A stretch of 64,000 nt of DNA, taken from an uncultured Actinomycetes bacterium (GTDB lineage: Bacteria > Actinomycetota > Thermoleophilia > Gaiellales > JAICJC01). This document shows positions 40,463-50,455 of the stretch, piece after piece. Position numbers and translations under genes: made by a program. Each line of letters begins with the position of its first letter. The stretch's first letter is position 1. The stretch spans positions 26,717 to 90,716 of the forward strand of contig CAVPQP010000010.1 of NCBI GenBank assembly GCA_963707585.1, written 5' to 3'. Under the pieces are notes generated by a model. The model saw only the letters and a program-made list of their open reading frames with translations. It was not told the origin of the DNA and searched no databases.

Positions 40463-42015
40463 TGACCGACTCCTACGACGTGATCATCGTCGGCACCGGC
40501 GCGGGCGGCGGAACGATGGCCCACCGGCTGGCCCCGTCCGGGAAGCGGATCCTCCTCCTCGAGCGGGGCGACTGGCTGCCCCGCGAGCCGCAGAACTGGC
40601 TCGCGCAGGATGTGTTCGTGGACAACCGCTACGTCTCGCCCGACACCTGGTACGACGGGGCGGGCAAGCCGTTCCAGCCCCAGATCCACTACTTCGTCGG
40701 CGGCGCAACGAAGCTCTACGGCGCCGCCCTCTACCGGCTCCGCGCCGAGGACTTCGGCGAGCTCCACCACCACGACGGCGTGTCGCCGGCGTGGCCGATC
40801 TCCTACGCCGAGCTCGAGCCCTACTACACCCAGGCCGAGCAGATGTACGAGGTGCACGGCGCCCGCGGCGAGGATCCCACCGAGCCGCCGGCCAGCGGGC
40901 CGTATCCCTTCCCGGCCGTGTCCCACGAGCCGCGCATCCAGCAGCTCGCGGACGACCTGGCCACCGCCGGCTACCACCCGTTCCACGCGCCGTGCGGCAT
41001 CCGGCTGCTCGAGGACGACATGCCCCACGGTGCGTGCGTCCGCTGCCAGAACTGCGACGGGTTCCCCTGCGCGGTGCACGGCAAGTCGGACGCCGAGGTG
41101 CTGGGCGTGCGGCCGGCGCTCGAGCACAAGAACGTCACGCTGCTCACCAACGCCACGGTGGTCAAGCTCGAGACGAACCCCGCGGGCACCGCCGTCACCG
41201 AGGTCGTCGTGGAGCGAAACGGCGAACCGGAGCGGTATACGGCCGGCGTCGTCGTGCTCGCGTGCGGGGCCGCCAACACGGCCAAGCTGCTGCTGATGTC
41301 GGCCAACGACCGCCACCCGAACGGCCTCGCCAACGGCTCCGACCAGGTGGGCCGCAACTACATGTTCCACAACAGCGCCGCGGTGCTCGCGCTCTCGCGC
41401 GACGAGAACCCGACGGTGTTCCAGAAGACCCTGGGGGTGAACGACTTCTACTTCAAGGCCCCCGACTTCGACTACCCGCTCGGAAACATCCAGATGGTGG
41501 GGAAGTCCCAGGCGCCGATGTTCCGCGGCGAGAAGCCGGGCGAGACCAAGCTGGCGCCGCAGTGGACGCTCGAGCGCGTCGCCCGGCATGCGGTCGACTT
41601 CTGGCTCTCGACCGAGGACCTGCCGATGCCGGAGAACCGCGTGACCGTCGACGGCGACGGCCGCCTCACCCTGCGCTACACGCCCACGAACGACGTCCCC
41701 AAGCAACGGCTCCACGACCAGCTGAAGTCGATGCTCGGCCGCCTGCGGATGGAGCCTGACCACCTCTTCCACCGGTTCGCGTACATGCAGAACGACATCC
41801 CGGTCGCCGGCGTCGCCCACCAGGCGGGCACGTGCCGCTTCGGGTCGGACCCGCAGACGTCGGCGCTGAACGTCGATTGCCGGGCGCACGAGCTCGACAA
41901 CCTCTACGTGGCCGACACGAGCGTGTTCCCCAGCATCGGGGCGGTGAACCCGGCTCTCACCGCCATGGCGAACTCGCTACGAGTGAGCGAGCGTGTCCTC
42001 GAACGCGTCGCCTGA
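40462..42015 (+). CDS. GMC-family FAD-dependent oxidoreductase
   Basis: 517 aa. The ATG shares one base with the GH15 stop (TGATG). FAD fold YDVIIVGTGAGGGTMA. C-terminal NLYVADTSVFPS. Confidence 0.85.
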
Positions 42016-42949
42016 CGTCGCGGCCGGAGTCGCCGAGGAGCCGCCCGGCGGCGAGGTCGCGATCGCCGCGGGCGACCAGCGGGCGGTGGTGGTGTGCGCG
42101 GGCGGCGGCCTGCGCACCTACACCGTGGGTGGGCGCGACCTGCTCGACGGCTCCCCGCCGGGGGCGGCGCCCCGGTCGGGCCGCGGTCAGGTGCTCATCC
42201 CGTGGCCGAACCGGCTCGAGGACGGCCGCTACGAGTTCGACGGGCGCCGCCACCAGCTGCCGCTGAACGAGCCGCAGCGGCGAAACGCGATCCACGGTCT
42301 CGTCCGCTCGGAGAGCTGGGCGGTCGGCGCACGGGAACCGCACCGCGTGGTGATGGAGCACACGCTGCAGCCCCGGGACGGCTATCCGTTCACGCTTGCG
42401 CTCGGCATCGAGTACGCGCTCTCCGACGCCGGGCTGCGGGTGACGACCACCGCGACGAACATCGGCGCGGACGCCTGCCCGTTCGGTGCCGGTGCACACC
42501 CGTACCTGACGGCGGGAACGCCGACGGTCGACTCGGCCACCCTGCGGGTGCCCGCGGACACGGTGCTGCGCTGCGACGACCGCGGGCTCCCGATCGGCGC
42601 GGAGCCGGTGGCCGCCACCGATCACGACTTCCGGCGGACGCGGCCGATCGGGACGACGCATCTCGACCACGCGTTCACGGATCTCGACCGCGGCGACGAC
42701 GGCCTGGCCCGCGTCGAGCTGGCCGGGGCGCCCGGCGACGGGCTCACCCTGTGGCTGGGCGAGGCGTTCGGCTACGTGATGGTGTTCACGGGCGATCCCC
42801 TGCCCGACGTCGCCCGGCACAGCATCGCCATCGAGCCGATGACCTGCCCGCCGAACGCGTTTCGCACCGGCGATGCCGTCGTGCGCATCGAGCCCGGCGC
42901 GTCGTTTCGCGGAGTGTGGGGGATCACACCCGCCACCGGTCACGCCTGA
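41993..42949 (+). CDS. Aldose 1-epimerase family protein
   Basis: 318 aa with GTG start, overlapping the upstream gene by 23 nt. Motifs PWPNRLEDGRY, NAIHGL, HPYL and EPMTCPPNAF. Confidence 0.8.
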   Translation: MSSNASPDVAAGVAEEPPGGEVAIAAGDQRAVVVCAGGGLRTYTVGGRDLLDGSPPGAAPRSGRGQVLIPWPNRLEDGRYEFDGRRHQLPLNEPQRRNAIHGLVRSESWAVGAREPHRVVMEHTLQPRDGYPFTLALGIEYALSDAGLRVTTTATNIGADACPFGAGAHPYLTAGTPTVDSATLRVPADTVLRCDDRGLPIGAEPVAATDHDFRRTRPIGTTHLDHAFTDLDRGDDGLARVELAGAPGDGLTLWLGEAFGYVMVFTGDPLPDVARHSIAIEPMTCPPNAFRTGDAVVRIEPGASFRGVWGITPATGHA

Positions 42950-42990
42950 ACGGCCGGCGGGGACGCGGCGCCCCCGCATCGCCGTAGTTC

Positions 42991-43563
42991 GTGCGGACCA
43001 TGAGCAGCCGCCCGATCACCCGTGCGTGGGCCGTGGTGCTGGCCGCAGGATTGGCCGCTGCGTGCGTGGGCTCGGCGGCCGCCCCCGGCCCGTCCTCAGG
43101 CTCGCGTGAGCCTGCGCCGACACCGCCCGCCGCGCCCCGGTTCACCCCGGCCAGGGGCTGGCACACGGCGGCGTCGGGCGCGGCGACCGTGCGGCCGATC
43201 GTGCCGAGCGCGATCGCCGCGAACTTCCGCGTGCACACCCCACCGGGCCTGTTCCCCTCGCGTTCAGACCTGCGCCGTCTGCCTGCCCGCGGCGTGGTCA
43301 TCACCGTGAGCGTGTGGCCGTCCGCGCACGGCTTCGACCTGCGCGCACATCCGCGCCGGGAGCTGCCGCTGCGGTTCGCCGAGAGCCAGCCGGGCAGACG
43401 GTTCGATGCCGTGCCGGCCACCGCCCGTTGGTACATCCTGGGCGCTCGCGTCCACGGCCGCATCGTCGAGGTCGACACCTTCGTGAACCGGCGGACGCCC
43501 GCAACGGCCGTCCGCGGCCTGATCCAGTCCGAGCTCGACCGGATCGTCATCCGCACCGGGTGA
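42991..43563 (+). CDS. Hypothetical lipoprotein
   Basis: 190 aa. Signal peptide with lipobox-like LAAAC (AVVLAAGLAAAC|VGS). No other recognisable motif. Confidence 0.5.
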   Translation: MRTMSSRPITRAWAVVLAAGLAAACVGSAAAPGPSSGSREPAPTPPAAPRFTPARGWHTAASGAATVRPIVPSAIAANFRVHTPPGLFPSRSDLRRLPARGVVITVSVWPSAHGFDLRAHPRRELPLRFAESQPGRRFDAVPATARWYILGARVHGRIVEVDTFVNRRTPATAVRGLIQSELDRIVIRTG

Positions 43564-43600
43564 TCGCAGCAGCGCGCGATAGCCTGCGCGGTTGATTCTG

Positions 43601-44833
43601 ATGGCGACCAGGTACTTCGAGCCCCTGCGGCACCGCGATTTCACGCTGCTCTGGTCCGGGCAGACGGTCTCGATGCTCGGCGACGGCGTGTTCACGGTCA
43701 CGCTGGCACTCGAGACGCTGCGTGTCGACCCGCATCCCATCGGGCTCTCCTACGTCCTGGCCGCCCGGGTGCTGCCCGCCGTCGCGTTCGTCCTCCTGGG
43801 CGGGGTGATCGCCGACCGGGTGCCTCGCCGGCTCGCCATGCTCGGCTCGGACCTGGCGCGCGGTGCGGCGGTGGCCGTGATCGCCGTCCTCGTCGCCACG
43901 GGCGCCGTCCACCTGGCCGCCCTGATCGTCCTGGCGTTCGTGTTCGGCGTCGCCGACGCCTTCTTCTTCCCCGCGTCGACGGCCATCACTCCCGAGCTCG
44001 TCCCACCCGGGCTGCTGGTCGGCGCGAGCGCCCTGAGCGGCACCAGCACCCAGCTCGCCCAGATCCTGGTCGGCCCGGCCGTCGGCGGGGTGATCGTCGG
44101 GCTGCTCGGCACCGCCTGGGGGTTCGGCATCGACGCTGCGTCCTTTGCCGTGAGCGCCGCGTGCCTCGCAGCCATGTCGGCGCGGCCGAAACCGGAACCC
44201 GGTCAGACCTCACCGCTGCGCGACATCGTCGAGGGGCTCCGCTACTGCCGGTCGCAGCGGTGGCTCTGGGTCAGCATCCTGGGCGCAGGGCTCGGCAACC
44301 TCGTCGCCTTCTCGCCGCTCGCCGCGCTGATCCCGCTGCTCGTCCAGCACAGCCTGCACGGCGGCGGGATCGCCCTGGGCCTCGTGCTGGCCGCCGGCGG
44401 CCTCGGCGGACTGGCGGCGTCGCTGCTGCTCGGCCATCGCGGCGCCCCCCGGCGAAGGATCGTCCACCTGTGGCTGGGATGGGGGCTGTCCGGGGCCGGC
44501 GTGGTCGGGCTCGGCTTCGTCCCCGGCGTCTGGCTCGCGGGAGGCGTCGCGTTCCTGATCTACAGCCTCGACACCTACGGCAACGTGCTCTGGAACCCCC
44601 TCGTCCAGGCGGGCGTGCCCGCCGCCATGATCGGACGGGTGGCCTCGGTCGACTACTTCTTCAGCTTCGCCCTCAGCCCGCTGGGCCTCCTCGCGGCCGG
44701 TGCCGCCGCCGAGGCCATCGGCGTGCGAGCCACGCTCGTGGCCGGCGGCGCCATCACCGCGCTGACGACGCTCATCCCGCTCCTGCCCGGCGTCCACGAC
44801 CCCGAACCCTCCAACGATGTATGCGCCTGGTAG
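43601..44833 (+). CDS. MFS transporter
   Basis: About 410 aa, 12-TM type. N-terminal FRDFTLLWSGQTVSMLGDG and loop GGVIADRVPRR. The start is either ATG 43601 or TTG 43592. The last 12 nt overlap the tRNA on the opposite strand. Confidence 0.75.
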   Translation: MATRYFEPLRHRDFTLLWSGQTVSMLGDGVFTVTLALETLRVDPHPIGLSYVLAARVLPAVAFVLLGGVIADRVPRRLAMLGSDLARGAAVAVIAVLVATGAVHLAALIVLAFVFGVADAFFFPASTAITPELVPPGLLVGASALSGTSTQLAQILVGPAVGGVIVGLLGTAWGFGIDAASFAVSAACLAAMSARPKPEPGQTSPLRDIVEGLRYCRSQRWLWVSILGAGLGNLVAFSPLAALIPLLVQHSLHGGGIALGLVLAAGGLGGLAASLLLGHRGAPRRRIVHLWLGWGLSGAGVVGLGFVPGVWLAGGVAFLIYSLDTYGNVLWNPLVQAGVPAAMIGRVASVDYFFSFALSPLGLLAAGAAAEAIGVRATLVAGGAITALTTLIPLLPGVHDPEPSNDVCAW

Positions 44834-44894
44834 GAATCGAACCTACGGCCTTGCGCTCCGGAGGCGCACGCTCTATCCCCTGAGCTACAGGCGC
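44822..44894 (-). tRNA. tRNA-Arg (anticodon CCG)
   Basis: 73 nt on the minus strand: GCGCCTG TA GCTC AGGGGATA GAGC G TGCGC CTCCGGA GCGCA AGGCC GTAGG TTCGATT CCTAC CAGGCGC A. All four stems pair perfectly. GTTCGATT T-loop. No encoded CCA. Confidence 0.9.
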
Positions 44895-44934
44895 ATGTCT
44901 CGATCCGGTGATCGAGGATCCGGATTGTACGCGG

Positions 44935-46044
44935 TCAGGAGGAGGCGGCCGCGAGCGCCTGGTCGAGATCGGCCCACAGGTCCTCGACGTGCTCGATGCC
45001 GACCGACAGGCGCAGCAGCGTCTCGGGCGTCCCGGCCCGCCGCTCGGACTCGTACCGCGCCCGCCGCTCGATGAGCGTCTCGACGCCGCCCAGGCTGGTG
45101 GCCGCCGAGATCACGCGCAGGCGCGCGCAGACGGCGTCGGCGGCGTCGGCGCCGCCCGACGTCTCGAACGCGAGCATCGCCCCGAAGCCGCTCATCTGCC
45201 GGGCTGCGAGCGCGTGGCCGGGATCGTCCGGCAGGCCGGGATAGCGCACCCGCGTCACGGCCGGATGGCGGTCGAGCCGGACGGCGAGCTCGCCCGCGTT
45301 GGCCTGCGCGCGCTCGAGCCGCACCGAGAGCGTGCGCATGCCGCGCAGGGCCAGGAATGCCTCGAGCGCGCCCGGGATCGCGCCCTCGCGGACGCGCACC
45401 GCGGCGAGCCGCTGGGCGGCGGCGGGGTCGCGGCACACCGCGATGCCGAGCAGCAGGTCGGCGTGGCCGCCGATGTACTTCGTGGCGCTGTGGACGACGA
45501 TGTCGGCTCCGAGCGCGAGCGGCTGCTGCAGCAGTGGCGTCGCGAACGTGCCGTCGACCGCCAGCAGGCAGCCGGGCTCGCGCGCCGCCGCGGCAGCGGC
45601 GATGTCGGCGATCGCGATCAGGGGGTTGCTCGGCGTCTCGAGCCAGACCATGTCGGCGCCCGGGAGAGCCGCCGCCACCTCGCCGGCGTCGGCGATGTCG
45701 GCGATCCGGCGGACGCGCAGCCGGCCGGCCGCCTCGCGCACGTGCAGCTGCTCCGTGAACCCGTGGTAGGCCGAGCGCGGGGCCACGATCGTGCCGCCGG
45801 GTGGCAGCGCGTCGAGCACGGCCGCGCACGCCGCCAGCCCGGAGCCGAAGGCGACGCCGTGCCCGCCCTCGAGCTCGCCGACGAGATCCTCGAGCGCGCG
45901 CCACGCCTCGTTGCCGTCGCGGCCGTATTCGAGCTCGCCGCCGAGCCGGTAGGTGCTCGACACGACGATGGTGCTGCCGAGCGGCGCACCCGCGCCCTGG
46001 GCACGGCCACCCGCCACCAGCCTCGTCTCGACGCGCTCGGTCAC
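44935..46044 (-). CDS. Cys/Met-metabolism PLP-dependent enzyme (cystathionine gamma-synthase/beta-lyase family)
   Basis: 369 aa with GTG start. PLP-lysine motif VHSATKYIGGHADLL. C-terminal SLGGVETL and RLSVGIE. Confidence 0.85.
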   Translation of the reverse strand: MTERVETRLVAGGRAQGAGAPLGSTIVVSSTYRLGGELEYGRDGNEAWRALEDLVGELEGGHGVAFGSGLAACAAVLDALPPGGTIVAPRSAYHGFTEQLHVREAAGRLRVRRIADIADAGEVAAALPGADMVWLETPSNPLIAIADIAAAAAAREPGCLLAVDGTFATPLLQQPLALGADIVVHSATKYIGGHADLLLGIAVCRDPAAAQRLAAVRVREGAIPGALEAFLALRGMRTLSVRLERAQANAGELAVRLDRHPAVTRVRYPGLPDDPGHALAARQMSGFGAMLAFETSGGADAADAVCARLRVISAATSLGGVETLIERRARYESERRAGTPETLLRLSVGIEHVEDLWADLDQALAAASS

Positions 46045-46087
46045 GGTCGTACCCTACGCCGCGCACGCGTCGGATAGGCTGGCGCGC

Positions 46088-47110
46088 GTGCAGCTCTCGT
46101 CGCGCGTTTTCGCCCTGGAATACCTCGAGCCGTTCGTCATCTCGCGCAGCGCGGACACCCACTCCGAGGTCGTCCAGGTCGCGATCCGGCACGGCGACCT
46201 GGTCGGCTACGGCGAGGGCGCCCCCGACGAGCACTACGGCGAGTCGGTGCAGAGCGCGATGCGCTTCCTCGGCCAGGTCGAGCCGCTGCTCGGCGACGAC
46301 CCCCTCGCCGCCGCGGCCATCCTCGGCCGCATCGGCGCGATCCCCGGCGAGATGGCCGCCAAGTGCGCCGTCGACGGCGCGCTGCACGACCTGCTCGGCA
46401 AGGTGTGCGGCCAGCCGCTGTGGCGCATCCTCGGCCTCGACCCGACGCCGCCGCCGACCAGCTACACGATCTCCATCGACACGGTCGAGGGCACGGCCCG
46501 GCGGGCGGCGGCCGCGGCCTCCTACCACGCCCTCAAGATCAAGGTGGGCGGCGCGGCCGATCTCGAGCGCGTGCGCGCGGTGCGGGCGCAGGCGCCCGAC
46601 GCCCTGATCCGGGTCGATGCCAACGAGGCCTGGTCGGTGCACTCCACGGTCGAGCTCGTACCGGAGCTCGAGGCGCTCGGCGTCGAGCTGATCGAGCAGC
46701 CCCTGCCGGCGCGCGACACGAAGGGCTACTGCCGCCTGCACGACAGCTCGCTCTCGATCCCGATCGTCCTCGACGAGAGCTGCCACACGCTGCCCGACGT
46801 CGCCAGGTGCGGTGAGATCGCAGACGGCGTGAACATCAAGCTCACCAAGTCGGGCGGGATCCGCGAGGCGCTGCGGATGATCCACGCCGCCCGCGCGCTC
46901 GGGTTGCGGGTGATGCTCGGATGCATGAACGAGTCGTCGCTGGGCATCGCCCAGGCGGCGCAGATCTCCCCGCTCGTCGACGTCGTCGACCTCGACGGCC
47001 ATCTCCTGAACCGCAACGACAGCCACACCGGCCTGCTGTTCGAGGACGGCCGCGTCGTCCCCGGCCCGGGGCCCGGCCTGGGAGTGACGCCGCTGGAGCA
47101 GTGGCCGTGA
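46088..47110 (+). CDS. Enolase-superfamily dipeptide epimerase / N-acetyl-D-Glu racemase (DgcA)-like
   Basis: GTG 46088, in frame within listed ORF 45953..47110. Motifs LKIKVGG, IRVDANEAW, LIEQPL, VLDES and NIKLTKSGG. Confidence 0.8.
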   Translation: MQLSSRVFALEYLEPFVISRSADTHSEVVQVAIRHGDLVGYGEGAPDEHYGESVQSAMRFLGQVEPLLGDDPLAAAAILGRIGAIPGEMAAKCAVDGALHDLLGKVCGQPLWRILGLDPTPPPTSYTISIDTVEGTARRAAAAASYHALKIKVGGAADLERVRAVRAQAPDALIRVDANEAWSVHSTVELVPELEALGVELIEQPLPARDTKGYCRLHDSSLSIPIVLDESCHTLPDVARCGEIADGVNIKLTKSGGIREALRMIHAARALGLRVMLGCMNESSLGIAQAAQISPLVDVVDLDGHLLNRNDSHTGLLFEDGRVVPGPGPGLGVTPLEQWP

Positions 47111-48153
47111 GCGACAAGCGCTACGCGGTGCTCGCCGAGGGCTGCTTCGACGAGGACGCGAAGACCGCGACCGGGGTCATGCGCTACGCCGAGTCGCCGA
47201 CCGTCGCCGTGATCGACTCCACCCGCACCGGCACGTCCGCGTCCGACCACGTCCCCGGGATGCGCTCCGACGTGCCCGTCGTCGCGGACATGGACGCGGC
47301 GATGCAGCACGGCCCGACGACGCTCCTCGTCGGCGTCGCCCCCGCCGGCGGCAAGCTGCCGCCCGTCTTCCGGCGCGCCATCCTGCGGGCGATCGAGCTC
47401 GGCCTGGACGTCGAGAGCGGCCTGCACGAGTTCCTGACCGAGGACGCCGAGATCGCCGACGCGGCCGCGCTGGCGGGCGTCTCGCTGCGCGACCTGCGCC
47501 GTGTCCCCGACGGGCTGAACGTCCCGACGGGCGCGAACCTCGACGTCGCCACGCACACGGTGCTGACGGTCGGGTCGGACTGCGCGCTCGGCAAGATGAC
47601 CGTCTGCCTGGAGCTCGACCGCGAGGCCCGCCGCCGGGGCATCGCGTCGGTGTTCGTGCCGACCGGCCAGACCGGCATCGCCATCGCCGGATGGGGCATC
47701 GCCGTCGACCAGGTCGTGTCCGACTTCGTCGCCGGCGCCGCCGAGGAGCTCGTCGTCGCGGGCCACCACCGCGGCGGCGACGGCGCCATCCTGTGGATCG
47801 AGGGCCAGGGCTCGCTCAACCACCCGTCCTACTCCGGCGTCACGCTCGGCCTCCTGCACGGCTCGGCGCCGCACGCGCTCGTGTTCGTGCACGAGCCGGG
47901 CCGCGAGCTGATCGACGGCAACCCCCGCTTCCCGATCCGCGACCTGCCCCAGCTGATCGACGACTACGTGCGCATGGCCCGCCACGTGCGGCCCGCGGCG
48001 GTCGTCGCGGTGGCGCTGAAGACGAACCGCATCGACGAGGACGCGGCCCGCGCCGCCATCGCCCGCACCGAGCGCGAGACGGGTCTCATCGCCGACGACC
48101 CGGTCCGGTTCGGCGCCGGCCGGATCCTCGATGCGGTGCTCTCGTCGCGCTGA
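47107..48153 (+). CDS. DUF1611-family protein (N-acetyltransferase DgcN-like)
   Basis: GTG 47107 overlaps the upstream stop (GTGA). YAVLAEGCFDEDAKTATGVMRY and VGSDCALGKMTV (P-loop-like) match my recollection of DUF1611. Confidence 0.7.
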   Translation: MSDKRYAVLAEGCFDEDAKTATGVMRYAESPTVAVIDSTRTGTSASDHVPGMRSDVPVVADMDAAMQHGPTTLLVGVAPAGGKLPPVFRRAILRAIELGLDVESGLHEFLTEDAEIADAAALAGVSLRDLRRVPDGLNVPTGANLDVATHTVLTVGSDCALGKMTVCLELDREARRRGIASVFVPTGQTGIAIAGWGIAVDQVVSDFVAGAAEELVVAGHHRGGDGAILWIEGQGSLNHPSYSGVTLGLLHGSAPHALVFVHEPGRELIDGNPRFPIRDLPQLIDDYVRMARHVRPAAVVAVALKTNRIDEDAARAAIARTERETGLIADDPVRFGAGRILDAVLSSR

Positions 48154-48205
48154 CTTCCCCGGGGGTTCACCGTCTGCAGCGCTCCGGGGCTAACATTCGC
48201 GACCG

Positions 48206-49306
48206 GTGCGCGACCCACGCCTGACAACGCTCGCGGATCTGCTGTGCCGCTACTCGCTGGAGGTCGGTGAGGGCGACACCGTCCTGATCGACGGCCCGCC
48301 CCTCGCCCAGCCCCTGTTCGTCGAGCTGGTGCGCAAGGTGACCGAGCTCGGCGCGCACCCGATGGTGCGCCCGCGCCTCGAGCGCGTGCAGGCCGCGTTC
48401 CTGGCCGAGGCCGGCGAGGAGCAGCTGCGCGCCGTGACCCGGCTGGATCAGATCGAGATCGAGGCGCCCACCCGGGCGCTGAGCATCTGGGGGCAGCGCA
48501 ACAACCGCTTCGCGAGCGGCATCGATCCCAATCGCCAGGCGATCCGCTCGGCTGCGACGCGGCCGCTCTTCGAGCGCTTCTTCGAGCGCGAGGCGCAGGG
48601 CGAGGTGCGCTGGTGCGGCACGGCCTTCCCCTGCGACGCCGCCGCCCAGGACGCGGGCATGTCGCTGGGCGAGTGGGAGGACTTCGTCTACTCGGCCGGC
48701 CACCTGCTCGATCCGAACCCGATCGCCTTCTGGGAGGCGCAGTCCGCCCGCCAGGCGCAGATCGCCGAGCGGCTCCAGCAGGTGCGCGAGCTGCGCATCC
48801 TGGGCGAGGACACCGACCTCACGATCGACGTCTCCGGGCGGCTGTGGATGAACGCCGACGGCCACCAGAACTTCCCCGACGGCGAGGTGTTCACGAGCCC
48901 GGTCGAGGTGGCCACGCGCGGCCACATCGCCTTCAGCCTGGACGCCCCGTACCACGGCAACGACGTCACCGGCGTGCGCCTCTGGTTCGAGGACGGCAAG
49001 GTCGTGCGCGAGGAGGCGACGAAGGGCGAGCGCTACCTGAGCCAGATGCTCGACATGGACGAGGGCGCCCGCTACCTGGGTGAGGTCGCCTTCGGTCTGA
49101 ACGACGAGATCCAGTCGGGCACGCGCGACACGCTCTTCGACGAGAAGATCGGCGGCACGTGCCACGTGGCGCTCGGCATGGCGTTCCCCGAGGCCGGCGG
49201 CCGCAACCTCTCGGGCCTGCACTGGGACATGGTCTGCGATCTGCGCACCGGCGGCGAGGTGCACGCCGACGGCGCCGTGATCTACCGCGACGGGCGGTTC
49301 CTGTGA
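48206..49306 (+). CDS. Aminopeptidase, M29 (AmpS/PepS) family
   Basis: 366 aa. Motifs NFPDGEVFTSP, FDEKIGGTCHVALG and GLHWDMVCDL. Confidence 0.85.
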   Translation: MRDPRLTTLADLLCRYSLEVGEGDTVLIDGPPLAQPLFVELVRKVTELGAHPMVRPRLERVQAAFLAEAGEEQLRAVTRLDQIEIEAPTRALSIWGQRNNRFASGIDPNRQAIRSAATRPLFERFFEREAQGEVRWCGTAFPCDAAAQDAGMSLGEWEDFVYSAGHLLDPNPIAFWEAQSARQAQIAERLQQVRELRILGEDTDLTIDVSGRLWMNADGHQNFPDGEVFTSPVEVATRGHIAFSLDAPYHGNDVTGVRLWFEDGKVVREEATKGERYLSQMLDMDEGARYLGEVAFGLNDEIQSGTRDTLFDEKIGGTCHVALGMAFPEAGGRNLSGLHWDMVCDLRTGGEVHADGAVIYRDGRFL

Positions 49307-50442
49307 GCGACCCCCGCATCGAGCGGCTGGCGGACGTCGTCGTCAACTACTCGACCGAGCTCCGCGAGGGCGACCTGGTGCTGATCCAGGGGCCCGAGAT
49401 CGCCGAGCCGCTGATCGTCGAGATCGCGCGCGCGGCCCTCGCGGCCGGCGCGATCCCGCACGTGCGCGCCTCGGTGCAGGGGGTGGACGAGGCCTACCTG
49501 GCCGCGGCGAGCGACGCCCAGCTCGACCATCTGCCCGCCTACGCGCTCGAGGAGATGGATGCGATCGACGCCCGCATCTCGATCCACGCCGCCTGGAACA
49601 CCCGCGAGCTCTCGGGCATCGACCCCGCCAAGCTGGCCCGCCGCTCCCGCGCCGCCCAGCCGGTGATGGGGCGCTTCATGGAGCGCTCGGCCGCCGGCGA
49701 CCTGCGCTGGTGCGTGACGGCCTATCCGTGCGACGCGTTCGCCCAGGACGCCGACATGTCGCTCGACGCGTACGCCGATTTCATCTACCGCGCCGGCTGG
49801 CTGCACCTGGACGACCCGGCGGCCGCGTGGCGCACCTACGCCTCCCGGCTCCGCGCCGTGGCCGACCGCATCTCCGAGGCGCGGACGCTGCGGGTCGTGG
49901 CCGAGGACACCGACCTCTCGGTGGGCATCTCGGGCCGGACGTGGATCGCCTCGCGCGGGGAGCGCAACTTCCCCGACGGCGAGATCTTCACGGGCCCGAT
50001 CGAGACGGAGACCTCGGGCGACGTGCGCTTCTCGTTCCCGGCCGTCATGGGCGGCCGCGAGGTGCAGGACGTGCGCCTGCGCTTCGAGGGCGGTCGCGTG
50101 GTCAAGGCCGAGGCGGCCGTCGGCGGCGCCTATCTCGACCAGATGCTCGCCATGGACCCCGGGGCGTCGGTGCTCGGGGAGTTCGCGATCGGCACGAACT
50201 ACGAGGTCACCCAGTTCACGAAGCAGATCCTGTTCGACGAGAAGATCGGCGGCACGTGCCACATGGCGCTCGGCGCGGGCTATCCCGACACGGGCAGCCG
50301 CAACCGGTCGGGCCTGCACTGGGACATGGTGTGCGACCTGCGCTCGGGCGGCGAGATCCACGCCGACGGCGAGGTGATCTACCGCGACGGTGCGTTCCTG
50401 CCGTCGTTCTTCGCAGACGATCTGGCCGTGCCTGCGGCCTAA
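49303..50442 (+). CDS. Aminopeptidase, M29 (AmpS/PepS) family, tandem paralog
   Basis: GTG 49303 overlaps the upstream stop (GTGA). Motifs NFPDGEIFTGP, FDEKIGGTCHMALG and GLHWDMVCDL. Confidence 0.85.
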   Translation: MSDPRIERLADVVVNYSTELREGDLVLIQGPEIAEPLIVEIARAALAAGAIPHVRASVQGVDEAYLAAASDAQLDHLPAYALEEMDAIDARISIHAAWNTRELSGIDPAKLARRSRAAQPVMGRFMERSAAGDLRWCVTAYPCDAFAQDADMSLDAYADFIYRAGWLHLDDPAAAWRTYASRLRAVADRISEARTLRVVAEDTDLSVGISGRTWIASRGERNFPDGEIFTGPIETETSGDVRFSFPAVMGGREVQDVRLRFEGGRVVKAEAAVGGAYLDQMLAMDPGASVLGEFAIGTNYEVTQFTKQILFDEKIGGTCHMALGAGYPDTGSRNRSGLHWDMVCDLRSGGEIHADGEVIYRDGAFLPSFFADDLAVPAA

Positions 50443-50455
50443 GAGTGCGTACGCC

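Noticed and set aside
42991-44894. tRNA-Arg as the attachment site of an integrated element.
   Set aside because: No integrase, excisionase or phage/IS genes are present on either side. I could not spot a direct repeat of the tRNA 3-prime end. The flanking genes are ordinary metabolic and transport genes of matching composition.
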